Source: a virus (Duplodnaviria; Caudoviricetes). From it: a stretch of 64,000 nucleotides of DNA. How positions within the stretch are numbered: position 1 is the stretch's first letter; the number at the start of each line of letters is the position of its first letter. Shown piece after piece: positions 9,404-19,264 of this stretch. The stretch is from IMG/VR virus record IMGVR_UViG_3300033147_000418, positions 2,193 to 66,192 of that record. One strand, given 5' to 3'. Both the position numbers and the translations under genes were made by a program. Below the pieces are notes generated by a model. The model saw nothing but the letters and a program-made list of their open reading frames with translations. It had not been told where the DNA came from and made no database searches.

Positions 9404-9924
9404 TACTGCTCAGGATGCTGACGGGCAACTGTCTTGAACGCGCCTTCGTAAGCATCCACGATACCTGTACGCACCGTGTCTGTCACCGTCTGTTCCACGG
9501 TTGAGTCGGCTTGCTCCTGCTTCTGCTGAGCAAAAACCTCCTTGGCGCTGATGGTGCGAAAAACCAGACGCTCTTTCCCCGTAGCGTCCCTCTGCATCTT
9601 GGGCACCCCGGAGCTGGGCTCGAACAGTTCGTCCACGCTGCTGGCCATGGTCTGGTCGGTCTCTTCGACCTGGTCGCCGGCGGCGCCGAGGACTGCGCCC
9701 TGGTCGGCCCTGTCGATGACGAGCCGATTACCCTCCGCTGTCACTCGAACGGCCTGAGCTCGATGAGCAGATCTAACGTCGAGGCCGTGGTCGACTCGTC
9801 CGCGGAGTCTCAGCTGAACGTCTTCGGCTAGTCGTTCGCGGGCGAGTTCGTTGACCTCGTCTCGGCGAGTGATCCTGGCGTCCTCGGACGGAACGATCTG
9901 GATCATGTCGCCGAAGCCGATCAC
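9403..9924 (-). CDS. hypothetical protein (neck region)
   Basis: Translationally coupled to both neighbours. Confidence 0.6.
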   Translation of the reverse strand: MIGFGDMIQIVPSEDARITRRDEVNELARERLAEDVQLRLRGRVDHGLDVRSAHRAQAVRVTAEGNRLVIDRADQGAVLGAAGDQVEETDQTMASSVDELFEPSSGVPKMQRDATGKERLVFRTISAKEVFAQQKQEQADSTVEQTVTDTVRTGIVDAYEGAFKTVARQHPEQ

Positions 9925-10160
9925 TGCTGTCCCGCTGAGTATCCAACCATTTGGTTTGGGGTAGTGAGAGGGGTCGGCGCGCGCTTCGTCGGCGCCGGCG
10001 GGGTGAGCGTGGTGCGCCCCCCTTTTAGGCCCGACCCGGAGACCTGCTTCATGACAGCTGCCACCGAGCTTCCTGAGTCGTAGGAGGAGGCAACTTCGTG
10101 CTGGGGGAAAGCCCCAATCTTCATGAGTTCGTTGCCGAATCCGCGCAAGAAATGGTTCAT
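9921..10160 (-). CDS. small protein with GFxNELxK leader
   Basis: ATG at 10160 overlaps the upstream stop; begins MNHFLRGFGNELMKIGA. Confidence 0.7.
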   Translation of the reverse strand: MNHFLRGFGNELMKIGAFPQHEVASSYDSGSSVAAVMKQVSGSGLKGGRTTLTPPAPTKRAPTPLTTPNQMVGYSAGQQ

Positions 10161-11041
10161 CAGAACATCCGCTCCTCTTTGACCCTCTCCCATTCTTGCA
10201 CGATCTCGCGGAGCTCCGCGTCTGGAATCCTTTGCACCAGCCGGGAGTACTCGACTTCGTCTCGCTTGAGGGCGTTGAGCCGGCACAGATGCTGGATCGT
10301 CGTCCCCATGGGCTGGATGGTCTTGACGCTCTCGATGCGCCACAGAGCCGCGGGCATGACCTCGTAGATCAGGTCGCCTGGCTTGACCTGCGGGTACGCC
10401 GAGAACCAGCAGTCCTTTTGCTTGGGCTGCAGCTCTCCGAACTGGGAGAGCTGAACGAGCTTTTCGTCCGGGTTGTAGTCGACGAAGACGGGGATGGGTT
10501 CGAAGTACGGCCTCTGGCGCCCCGTCCCTAGACAGAGGGTGCACCTCGAGCTGGTCGGCCGTCCTGCCGTTGCGTCATAGCAGGGGCAGTGGGCTGCAGC
10601 GGTGGTGCGTTCCACGAACACGAACGAGGGGGTCCCCTGCAGGTACTGGAGGACGAAGTTGTGGCGCTCGATGATGGCGAGCTCGTGGGGACGCGGGCTC
10701 GTTTCCCATGTCCGGACTTCGGAGAGAGCGTCGGGGAACAGTAGGTTCGGCGAGCTGGCGCGGACTCGGTAGTAGTACTTCCTCCACCAGCTGATCAGGT
10801 TCGGCGTGATGTCGTCGTACTCGTACGCGAGTTGCCCGTCCGCGCCGGGGATCCCCTCGGACACAACCTCGAACTCGTCGGCCGAGAACTGCGGCGACAG
10901 CGAACGCTCGATCGAGAACGAGGTCTCGTCGAGTCCACTGTGCTGCGTGACGAGCTCCCAGCAGACCAGCACGCGCGCGTTCCCGCTCGGCGGCGCGCCG
11001 GGCTGGGCGATGATGACGTCGAGCCTGCGGAATGCGAGCAT
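10160..11041 (-). CDS. putative head-closure / neck protein with Fn3-like and Zn-finger domains
   Basis: YYYRVRA (Fn3-like), CPC...CTLCLGTG, and a head-tail-joining-like C-terminus (VKPGDLI...WRIESV). Confidence 0.55.
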   Translation of the reverse strand: MLAFRRLDVIIAQPGAPPSGNARVLVCWELVTQHSGLDETSFSIERSLSPQFSADEFEVVSEGIPGADGQLAYEYDDITPNLISWWRKYYYRVRASSPNLLFPDALSEVRTWETSPRPHELAIIERHNFVLQYLQGTPSFVFVERTTAAAHCPCYDATAGRPTSSRCTLCLGTGRQRPYFEPIPVFVDYNPDEKLVQLSQFGELQPKQKDCWFSAYPQVKPGDLIYEVMPAALWRIESVKTIQPMGTTIQHLCRLNALKRDEVEYSRLVQRIPDAELREIVQEWERVKEERMF

Positions 11042-11044
11042 CGC

Positions 11045-11524
11045 CTACCAGAAGTAGTTCAGGATCGAGTACTCGGACGCGACTCCTGCACCGGACAGGG
11101 CGCTGTTGATGTTGGTGGCGATCTTGAAATTCGTCTTCGTTCGCTCGTACTCAGCCACGAATTGCGCGATCCAGCTCTGATAGAGCTGCGTCTTGTCGAA
11201 GATGCGGACGCTCACTCCGCCGGAGCTGTAGGCGAGTTCGTTGCGAGACTGCAGAAGGCCAGCGCTGCGGAGCACATGGATCGAGGCGCCGTAGATGAGC
11301 AGGTACAACGAGGGGAAATTCGAAACCGTGTGCGATTGAAGCAACGGCGCCGTCACGTTGTAGTTGTCGATGGCCAAGTCGATCGCAAGATCGAGCTTGG
11401 TGTCGTTCGACTCCTCCCGACGGATCAGGCGGTTGAGCTCGGGAGTGTCGTTGAGGAACAGGCGCAGGAGCTTGCGTACGCGCTCCTTTTGGTCCTGCTC
11501 TGCAGTGCCGGTTGTCGTCGCCAA
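11045..11524 (-). CDS. putative head-tail adaptor
   Basis: Helical 159-aa ORF two genes downstream of the capsid gene; YSSGGVSV hairpin typical of adaptors. Confidence 0.5.
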   Translation of the reverse strand: MATTTGTAEQDQKERVRKLLRLFLNDTPELNRLIRREESNDTKLDLAIDLAIDNYNVTAPLLQSHTVSNFPSLYLLIYGASIHVLRSAGLLQSRNELAYSSGGVSVRIFDKTQLYQSWIAQFVAEYERTKTNFKIATNINSALSGAGVASEYSILNYFW

Positions 11525-11557
11525 TGGCTAGCCTCCTTCGGCGGGGTGCCGATGGGG

Positions 11558-12085
<528 letters not shown>

Positions 12086-12091
12086 GCCTAT

Positions 12092-12121
12092 ACGGTACGC
12101 CCCGCTTTACGCTCGGGTCAA
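12092..12121 (-). promoter_or_regulatory. sigma70-like promoter
   Basis: TTGACC-N18-TACCGT, 6 nt before ATG 12085. Confidence 0.55.
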
Positions 12122-12129
12122 GACGACGT

Positions 12130-13023
12130 CTAGGTGAGCGTCATCTTGGCCGCGGCGCGCAGGTTGCCGTAGCCGAGTCCGATGTACTCCCAGGTCTGCC
12201 ACGAGACCATGTCGGCCCGCTTCTCGATGTAGAACTTCGTGTCGTTGAGGATGTAGAAGTTCCCGAGGTACTTCGGGTCGGTGAAGATGTACAGGTCACC
12301 GGGGGGCACGATCGACGACTTGATCGTCACGACCAGCTTGTGGCCGAGGATGGTGTTGTACTTGTACCCGTTGACGAGAACCTCGGACGCCAGCGGCGAG
12401 CCGATGATCGCGGACTCCTGGGTCATGAAGTCGTCCCAGTCGGCCTTGTGCATCAGGATGCAACCGACGGCGAGTTCGTCCGTGTCCAGGGCCTTGAACA
12501 GCTTCACCAGGTTCTCGGACGTCGCGGGGCCGGCGGCCGCCGGGACGATCGTCTTGCCGTTCGCGACGATGACCGCGTCGGTGAACTCGATGAACTTGCC
12601 ATCCTCGATCTTCTGGATGTCCTTGACCGAGTTCTCCTCGATGACCTTGGTCACCGGGTAGTCGAAGGCCAGGAGCTCCGCTTCGTTCTTGCGAAACTTC
12701 TCGCTCTCGATCTTGAAGAACGGGATCTCGTAGCGGTCGCCCTCGATGTAGCGCTCGAAGGCCTTGCCGCGGAAGTTGACCGCGGCGGCGTTCGACTGCG
12801 GCTCGATGTCGACGATCTTGACGAGCGTGTCGTGGTTGACGGAGCGCTGGCAGTCCGCTTTGGTGACGTACTCGGGCGGCAGGATGCTGCGCGTGAACGA
12901 TACCTCGCGCAGGCGCTCGCGCACGAATGCGCCACCGGCCTGTGCAGCCTTCTCGAGCCCGTCGTGGGTGTCGAGGCGTGAGATGAAGAGGTTGTTGAAA
13001 GTGGCGGCGTCGATCTGGTCCAT
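12130..13023 (-). CDS. major capsid protein (HK97-like fold)
   Basis: 297 aa after scaffold/decoration genes; IQKIEDGKFI spine helix, ILGHKLVVT, VPPGDLYIF, WEYIGLGYGN; strong SD AAGGAG. Confidence 0.8.
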   Translation of the reverse strand: MDQIDAATFNNLFISRLDTHDGLEKAAQAGGAFVRERLREVSFTRSILPPEYVTKADCQRSVNHDTLVKIVDIEPQSNAAAVNFRGKAFERYIEGDRYEIPFFKIESEKFRKNEAELLAFDYPVTKVIEENSVKDIQKIEDGKFIEFTDAVIVANGKTIVPAAAGPATSENLVKLFKALDTDELAVGCILMHKADWDDFMTQESAIIGSPLASEVLVNGYKYNTILGHKLVVTIKSSIVPPGDLYIFTDPKYLGNFYILNDTKFYIEKRADMVSWQTWEYIGLGYGNLRAAAKMTLT

Positions 13024-13069
13024 GGTCCTTCTCCTTGTAGTCTCTGCTGGGGGTTAGCTCAGCCGAGGC

Positions 13070-13588
13070 CTACAGGCCTGGCGCCTCGTAGTGAAGAACG
13101 CCACCGGCGACTTCGAGAATGCGACCAACGGCCGCCTGCAGCTGGCGAATCGTAGCCGAGGATGGATCGACGGCATCGAGGATGCCGCCGGCCTGCGTTG
13201 CGTCGAAGATGGCAACCAGGAGGTTGCCGGGCGCCAACACGCCGCTGCCGGTGTTGTACAGCTTGGTCTTGGCCTGGTAGTTGCCGCTCAGGATGTCGAC
13301 CGTCTTGGTCGCGAGCGCATCGCTCTGGCCGAAGTTGCTGTCGTTCTGGCGGTACTTGGTCCAGGAGACCTTCGCGCCGAGCGCGGGTGCCGCGAGCGTG
13401 TCGACGCCGGTGGCGAGCTTGCCAGCCTTGGTGACGCCACCGCTGGTGACGGGCTTGATCCACTCGCCTACATCGATGGGCGAGGCTTCGACCGCGATCG
13501 CCATCGACTGGCGCAGCATCTCGTCCTGGCCGAGGACCAGTTCGAAGTCTCGCGTATCGCGAACGTCTGGGGGAACGGGAAATGCCAT
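13070..13588 (-). CDS. putative capsid decoration protein
   Basis: 172-aa beta-rich ORF immediately upstream of the major capsid gene. Confidence 0.55.
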   Translation of the reverse strand: MAFPVPPDVRDTRDFELVLGQDEMLRQSMAIAVEASPIDVGEWIKPVTSGGVTKAGKLATGVDTLAAPALGAKVSWTKYRQNDSNFGQSDALATKTVDILSGNYQAKTKLYNTGSGVLAPGNLLVAIFDATQAGGILDAVDPSSATIRQLQAAVGRILEVAGGVLHYEAPGL

Positions 13589-13611
13589 CTGAATCCTCCT
13601 TCAGGAATCGG

Positions 13612-13932
13612 TTAGTCTTCCGCCAGTCTATGGAAGAAGGCGGCGTGAGCATCTGCTGGGACGTCGCTCTCTGATGCGATCTTGCCGAATTCCGGCAGCG
13701 TAACATCGAGCTCGAGAGCCTCTGCCACGACGCGCAGGTCCTTCTGCATCAGGCCAGCGACCTTCTCCTCGAACTCGACGAACGACTCGAACGGCGGCAC
13801 CTTGCCGCGCTCGACCATCGAGAACGCAAGCTTCTCGGCATCGGTGCGAAGTTTGGCCAGCTCGAGCGCGTCGGCGGCCTCCTTGAGCAACGAGTCCTTG
13901 TTCTCGATCGGGGTGTCTTTGCTGGTTGACAT
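13612..13932 (-). CDS. putative scaffolding protein
   Basis: Acidic helical protein with KEA, KLA, KVA and KIA motifs, upstream of the decoration and capsid genes. Confidence 0.5.
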   Translation of the reverse strand: MSTSKDTPIENKDSLLKEAADALELAKLRTDAEKLAFSMVERGKVPPFESFVEFEEKVAGLMQKDLRVVAEALELDVTLPEFGKIASESDVPADAHAAFFHRLAED

Positions 13933-13967
13933 CGGGTCTCCGCCTGCGCTTTGTGGCGACCTTTTTC

Positions 13968-13995
13968 ATGGTACGCCGGGTGGGCTTTACGTCAA
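13968..13995 (-). promoter_or_regulatory. sigma70-like promoter for the capsid operon
   Basis: TTGACG-N16-TACCAT in the intergenic gap. Confidence 0.6.
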
Positions 13996-14065
13996 CTTGA
14001 CGCGAAATTTTCTCGGCCCCAACCGCCGCGCAACGGGGATCTGCAACAGCAAGCAGGCCAGAGAA

Positions 14066-14947
14066 CTACGAGTTCACGACGACGACGCCGCGCTTCCCGG
14101 AAGGCTTGTCCTTGCCGCCGCCGCCGATTGCGCGGTGCGCTAGAGCTCCGCCGCCGAGGTAGAGGGCGGGCTTTTTCACCTTGTCCAGCTGCTTTGACGA
14201 GAGTCCGACGCTCTTGTCCCCCACGTTGAGGCCGACTGCAGCCTTGCCGCCGCCGGTCGCGGCGCCACCTCCGGTCGCGGCAGCTTTGGGGACTGCTTTC
14301 TGCAAGCTCTTGTACGCATCCAGGTCCTTGAAGCCTTTGGCGTTTGTTGCAGTGAACACGCTCATCGCACTTTGCGCGCCGAGCTCTCGCTGCATGCGCG
14401 ACACCAGCGCGGCGCGCTCACCTTCCCTGAGGTTGCCGGACTTCTGTACGATGTCCTGCCACTCGCGGAAGTTGCGGCCTACCTGCGCGTCACCCTTGGC
14501 GATGGTTTTGCCGGCCTGTCGGGCGCCGCGGGCCGCGCGCCAGTTCTGAACTCCGCGAACGGCGCGCCCAAGAAAAGCGTTCTTCTCGAGGAAATCAGCA
14601 ACGGCTTCGGGGCTGTGCCCTTGCTCGAGGGCGGCCGCGACAAAGTCGGCCTCGCCCGGGTGTTCGGACGAGGCCGTCTTCGAATGCACTGGAGGGGTGC
14701 CGTTGTCGATGGCGCTGATCTCCGCCATGGCGCGGCGGATGACCGCAACGGAAGCCGTCTTTTCGACCAACCCCTGCGCCGCGGCCGCTTCGTGATCGGC
14801 GTCAGTTGCGTTGACGGCCGCGCGGCAGCGATCGGCGAGTTTCATGAGGTCGTGCTTGGCAGGCTCGGAAGCCTGCTTCGCAAGGTGAGCCCCGCTGATA
14901 CGGTTGACGCCCGTTTCGTCGAGGAGCTGGTCGAGTGTGTAGCCCAT
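14066..14947 (-). CDS. putative internal head protein (K-x-A family)
   Basis: Acidic N-half with KQA, KTA, KTA and KNA; basic Gly/Ala-rich C-half. Confidence 0.65.
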   Translation of the reverse strand: MGYTLDQLLDETGVNRISGAHLAKQASEPAKHDLMKLADRCRAAVNATDADHEAAAAQGLVEKTASVAVIRRAMAEISAIDNGTPPVHSKTASSEHPGEADFVAAALEQGHSPEAVADFLEKNAFLGRAVRGVQNWRAARGARQAGKTIAKGDAQVGRNFREWQDIVQKSGNLREGERAALVSRMQRELGAQSAMSVFTATNAKGFKDLDAYKSLQKAVPKAAATGGGAATGGGKAAVGLNVGDKSVGLSSKQLDKVKKPALYLGGGALAHRAIGGGGKDKPSGKRGVVVVNS

Positions 14948-14986
14948 TGCGATCTCCTAGCGTGAGGCAGTTGCCTCGATTGTACC

Positions 14987-15538
14987 TCAGCGGTAGTGCT
15001 TGGCGATCAGGTGAGATACGTACTCGGGGTCTTGGGCCATGCGACGAAGCACGCTGTCGCGGACCGATGCTTCTTTCTCGCCGCCCTTGCAGTCGGGGCA
15101 GTCAGAGCAGCCGTCGCCTTTGCAGGACTTGTGCGAGCACTTCTTGCACTTGTCCTTGTCGCCGCCCTCGCCGAACATGCCGGCCATCGCCTGCTTCTCT
15201 TCCTCGACCTTGTCCTTGTCCTTGTCCTTGTCGTCCTTGTCCTTGTCCTTGTCGTCGGACTTCTCGCCCCGCGCCTTTGCCATCAGAGCGGCGAGACCCT
15301 TGGACTTGTCGTCATCGGAAGCCTCGGGCATTTCCTCATCCATGGCTTGCTTGATGAGGTCGGCGAAGACGTTGTGGGCAAGGACGCGACCGATGTGGTC
15401 GTAGTCCTGGGCTTGCTTGATGAGCTCGGCGTCCACGTTAGCGAACGCCGGCCCGTGCTCCGCGACGGCCTGGGCCTGGGCCTCTTTGACGTGGTCCTGG
15501 CCCTGCATCGTGGTGAAGACTTCTTTGAGTGAATTCAT
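14987..15538 (-). CDS. scaffold/core-like protein with DK repeats and a Cys cluster
   Basis: LIKQAQDYDHIGRVLA motif; (DK)n; CKKCSHKSCKGDGCSDCPDC. Confidence 0.65.
   Translation of the reverse strand: MNSLKEVFTTMQGQDHVKEAQAQAVAEHGPAFANVDAELIKQAQDYDHIGRVLAHNVFADLIKQAMDEEMPEASDDDKSKGLAALMAKARGEKSDDKDKDKDDKDKDKDKVEEEKQAMAGMFGEGGDKDKCKKCSHKSCKGDGCSDCPDCKGGEKEASVRDSVLRRMAQDPEYVSHLIAKHYR
15208..15253. repeat. coding hexamer repeat (CCTTGT)n
   Basis: ccttgtccttgtccttgtccttgt... encodes Asp-Lys repeats. Confidence 0.8.
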
Positions 15539-15582
15539 CGGTAACTCCGCGTTCGGGTTGAGTGGGAGACGGGAGTCTGAGG

Positions 15583-16302
15583 CTAAGCCTGCAGGTCTCG
15601 CACCGTCGCGAACCCGACCGGCGCGCCGCCGCCGAGGCTGATGGCCGCACCTTCGGGATCGTCACCGGTACCCTGGCCAGCCGAGATCGTTTTCTTCGGC
15701 TTGAGCACGTCCTTGTAGACCTGCTTCGGGCCGGTGCCGGCCGTCTCGATCTTCTGATCGTGGGCCTCGTTGCCGGCGAAGTTGGTCTCGACGGTCGGAA
15801 GGCCGCGCTCACCGAGCGAGGGAGTCGACGCCGCGGACGGCGACTCGGTCATCTGGTTGGACGCCACGTCGGTGTCCATGTTGCCGGCGAGCTTGCTGAA
15901 CTCGTCGTAGAAGCCGCGCGCCATGATGCGACCGGCCGCGTCGTACTCGGACGCGATCTTGACGATCTCGTCGTTGGTGTCGGTCTCGACGATCTCCTGG
16001 GTCTCGGCGTCGGCGAGGTCCGAAGCCATCTTCGCGAAGTCGACGTCGGCAGACCCATCGTCCATCGTGACCTCCGGGGGAACGTTGGCGACCTGGTGGG
16101 CGATCTTCTCGTGGTCGGCGTCGGAGATTGCCATGTAGATGTCTTGCAGCGAGTTCATTTCGTCCCCTCCAGAGGCGATCTTGGTTGTGCCGGGAATCCC
16201 GGCGTCGAAGGCGTCCGGAGTGCTGCCGGACGTGGGAGCCGCGTTGATCTCGGCGTCTGGAGCCGAGGCAAACTTTTCCATGAGGTCGTTGAGTGTGGGC
16301 AT
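15583..16302 (-). CDS. acidic scaffold/core-like protein (K-x-A family)
   Basis: KFA, KIA x3, KMA, KLA; DAAGRIMARGFYDEFSKLA; probable internal start at 16158. Confidence 0.7.
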   Translation of the reverse strand: MPTLNDLMEKFASAPDAEINAAPTSGSTPDAFDAGIPGTTKIASGGDEMNSLQDIYMAISDADHEKIAHQVANVPPEVTMDDGSADVDFAKMASDLADAETQEIVETDTNDEIVKIASEYDAAGRIMARGFYDEFSKLAGNMDTDVASNQMTESPSAASTPSLGERGLPTVETNFAGNEAHDQKIETAGTGPKQVYKDVLKPKKTISAGQGTGDDPEGAAISLGGGAPVGFATVRDLQA

Positions 16303-16306
16303 GAAC

Positions 16307-18211
16307 CTATTCCTTTTTGCGCGATGCGAGTCGTCTGGTTGCGTTGAAGATTCTCGTGTCGATGGAGGCGCCGACTATCGAAGAAGGCACCGCCGACGCA
16401 GACGACCCGGCTGCGTACATGGCTGTGGTCCCAGGTGCGCTGCTGTGTTTTGTGAGGTCCAACACGTCCGGTCGCAATGACGCGAGCCGGTCGAACGATG
16501 TAGAGGGCGCGTTGCTTTGACATCGTTGTTGCTGGTTGCCTGCGTAGATGTATGCGAGAGGAATCAATCCCAACTGAGCAACAGGATTCATGCTCGCAGT
16601 CTTCGTGCCATGGTAGGCCCGTGCATTACCACCGTCAAGTCCACTCCCCGTACCGTGCGGAGTGATCTGACGAGCCGACGACATGGTCGAAAGGCCAACT
16701 GATGCTCCGACGCCTGCACTCATCAGCAGCGGAAGGAGCCACGGGTGTTTTGACAGAGCTCGAAGCGGAGAGGGGGCCTTGCTCATCAGCGAGGGGAAAT
16801 GCCTTCGAAACACCATGAAGCCTGCCGCCAGAGCAAGACTCGCCGGAACGAGCCCTTGGATCCCTGATGAGCGCCGCTTCTCGTCGTCGGTCATCGGGTA
16901 CCACTGGCTGTCTCGCTTGTAGGTGACCCCGCCCTGCTTCTCCATCCGCTCGAGCCGGTTGAGCAAGACTTCCGGGTAGCACGACCGGTCCTCGATGTAC
17001 GAGTACAGGACCATCGCGACTTTTTCGCTGACGTCATGCTCGGTCAAAACCCGAAGTGCCGCCGCCCACTTAGGCATCGTTGCCGCCGGCCTTGTCTCGT
17101 CGAACACAAGTCGGCGGGCGGCGAGCTTGTTTGCGAGCGCGGCCGCACCTTGCTTCACCAGAATGATGCGCTGGAACTCCTCCGGCTTCAGATCGATCCC
17201 GAGCGCAACCAGCGTAGCGAAGATGTCTTTGAGCGGGAACTGGGCCAGTGCGTCGAGGGCGCCTGGTGGGATGGACCGCTCGTTGGACTTGACCGCGGAA
17301 GCGTCGTCCATGAAGCCGGTGAGCTTCGCCTTGTCCTCCGACGTAACTCCAGAGATGTTTGCCGGTGGCGCGGACGGGACGTCCTTGTCGATCTCAGCGT
17401 TCTTGCGCTGGACGGCGGCCTTCTCCTCCGCGCTCAGCTTGGCGTAGTAGTGCTCACCGATTTCGGCCGAGGCCTTGATGTGGCCGCCGGGTTCGAGGCC
17501 GCGCTCCGTGATCCCGACGGATGACATCGCAACCTTCTTGAGAACGTGGCTGGCCTTCTCTGCGCCGATAGTCACGAAGCTGATGTCGAAGAACTTTGGC
17601 AGCCAGTTGTAGGCGAAGACCCTGCGGCCGTCGCTCAGGATCTTGTTCATCTGGTAGCGCAGATGGGGGCAGTACTCGGCGCGGTTGCGCGCGCGATTTT
17701 TGCAGATTGAGCACTCGTCCCAGGGAACCTTGCACCCCATCGATACGTCCCAGTACGTGCCGTTGGAGAGGTCTCCAAGGATGTCCTGGCACTTCGAGTC
17801 GTCGACGCGGATGATCAGAAGGACCCGATGCATGTTCGGGTCGTAGGACGCAAGCGCGACCTTCTCTCCGTACGCGCGCGCCGGGTCTTTGTTGACGTGG
17901 TGCTTGTACGGATACGCGTAGTGCATGAACGTCTCGTAGCCGTAGTCGCTGCCCTTGTGCGACAGCGCGACCTCGGGGAAGTAGTCCCCGTTGACGTTCG
18001 ATCCGTAGAACTCGCCGGCGCCCATGGCGTCGATGAGCAGCTGCGTCTTGCCGGCGATCGGCTTGGCGGAGCGGATGTAGTGCTCGATGTCCGGCGGCAG
18101 CGGCCGCGCCATCTTGATGTGGCCGATGGTCTTGTTGACGTCGGCCTCGATCGGGAAGATGTGCGGTCCGGTGCTGGAGTCGTAGCCCGAGAATGTGAGG
18201 AGCTTGTACAT
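16307..18211 (-). CDS. putative prohead (capsid maturation) protease with a C-terminal extension
   Basis: NVNGDYF, HHVNKD and VSMGC (candidate His/Ser catalytic motifs of HK97/assemblin-like proteases), CSIC...YCPH Zn motif, FFDISFVTIGA; upstream of scaffold and capsid genes. Confidence 0.7.
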   Translation of the reverse strand: MYKLLTFSGYDSSTGPHIFPIEADVNKTIGHIKMARPLPPDIEHYIRSAKPIAGKTQLLIDAMGAGEFYGSNVNGDYFPEVALSHKGSDYGYETFMHYAYPYKHHVNKDPARAYGEKVALASYDPNMHRVLLIIRVDDSKCQDILGDLSNGTYWDVSMGCKVPWDECSICKNRARNRAEYCPHLRYQMNKILSDGRRVFAYNWLPKFFDISFVTIGAEKASHVLKKVAMSSVGITERGLEPGGHIKASAEIGEHYYAKLSAEEKAAVQRKNAEIDKDVPSAPPANISGVTSEDKAKLTGFMDDASAVKSNERSIPPGALDALAQFPLKDIFATLVALGIDLKPEEFQRIILVKQGAAALANKLAARRLVFDETRPAATMPKWAAALRVLTEHDVSEKVAMVLYSYIEDRSCYPEVLLNRLERMEKQGGVTYKRDSQWYPMTDDEKRRSSGIQGLVPASLALAAGFMVFRRHFPSLMSKAPSPLRALSKHPWLLPLLMSAGVGASVGLSTMSSARQITPHGTGSGLDGGNARAYHGTKTASMNPVAQLGLIPLAYIYAGNQQQRCQSNAPSTSFDRLASLRPDVLDLTKHSSAPGTTAMYAAGSSASAVPSSIVGASIDTRIFNATRRLASRKKE

Positions 18212-18928
18212 CTAGACCGCAGACTTGCGAGGCGCTTGGGCGATCGGTGGAGCTGCTGCTGGTGCGGTGGGCGAGGTATACGCAGGACGAGTCCACCCGC
18301 GCATGGACGACGGAGTAGCACTCGACTGTGGAGCGTACGGAACGGCTCCCACCTGCCTTGGCGGTTGCGAGTTTTTGATCGATGTCTCTCGCGGGGTGTT
18401 CGAAACCCCTCCGCCGCTGGCTCGCGTTGCTGTTGCGGGGCCCTGCCTGGCGCCAGTGAGCTTAGAACCTTCCGCGGGAAGGGTCGTGGCTGGCTTTGAT
18501 CTATGAGGTGCTGGCGGCCTTGTTTTGCCGACCATCGGTTTGCCTTGGGCCGCGCTGGCGCCCGCTCCGGTGATAAACTCGTGCGCTTTGCGAACGGTCC
18601 GCCCCATGCCCGACTCGAAGGCGAGTCCTTGGTCTTGCGCCGGAGGCTTCGACCGGCCGCGCCTGGGCGGAGCCTTGGCCTTGACTGCGGTTTGCGCTCT
18701 CGCACCTGCACGAATCCCCGGCGACGGCCGCCAAGTTCCGATCGACCGCTTCGCCGGGGATTCCATTCGCTGCGTGGGGATCGCCTTCGAGAGCGCGTTG
18801 GTGGGACCAATGGAGTTGATGACGGGCGCCTTCTGTGACCCTTTCAACCATGTCGGCCCCCCGGCCGCAGCCGTAGCGACCGCTACCTTGAGCAGCTCGT
18901 CGCAGAAGCCTGTCAGGAAGCTGTCCAT
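18212..18928 (-). CDS. basic Pro/Ala-rich protein with GFxDELxK leader
   Basis: MDSFLTGFCDELLKVA followed by a low-complexity basic region. Confidence 0.65.
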   Translation of the reverse strand: MDSFLTGFCDELLKVAVATAAAGGPTWLKGSQKAPVINSIGPTNALSKAIPTQRMESPAKRSIGTWRPSPGIRAGARAQTAVKAKAPPRRGRSKPPAQDQGLAFESGMGRTVRKAHEFITGAGASAAQGKPMVGKTRPPAPHRSKPATTLPAEGSKLTGARQGPATATRASGGGVSNTPRETSIKNSQPPRQVGAVPYAPQSSATPSSMRGWTRPAYTSPTAPAAAPPIAQAPRKSAV

Positions 18929-18943
18929 TGGACGCTAACCAGG

Positions 18944-19237
18944 TCAGACCTTCGTCTTGCTCTGGGCGTTGAGCTGGGCGAGGTTGAGCTTGGGCGGCGG
19001 CGCCGCGGTTGCCCCGGTGCCGGCGGGCTGCTGCCCCGGTGCCTTCCAGGCCTTGGCGGCGACCGGCGGCGCCGGCGGCGCGGCGAGCTTGTTCATCTCG
19101 TCCGCGAAGCCGCGCGCCATGATGCGACCGGCGGCATCCTCTTCCTCGGCCTGCTTGACCAGTTCGGTGGCCTGCTTCTCGAGCTCGACGTCCATCGGGA
19201 CGATCGCCTGGTTGTACAGATCTGTGAGGGTATTCAT
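18944..19237 (-). CDS. small scaffold-like paralog
   Basis: LEKQA, LVKQA, DAAGRIMARGFADEMNKLA; SD AAGGAG. Confidence 0.7.
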   Translation of the reverse strand: MNTLTDLYNQAIVPMDVELEKQATELVKQAEEEDAAGRIMARGFADEMNKLAAPPAPPVAAKAWKAPGQQPAGTGATAAPPPKLNLAQLNAQSKTKV

Positions 19238-19264
19238 CTCGCTGCTCCTTGATGGTCTTTTGGG

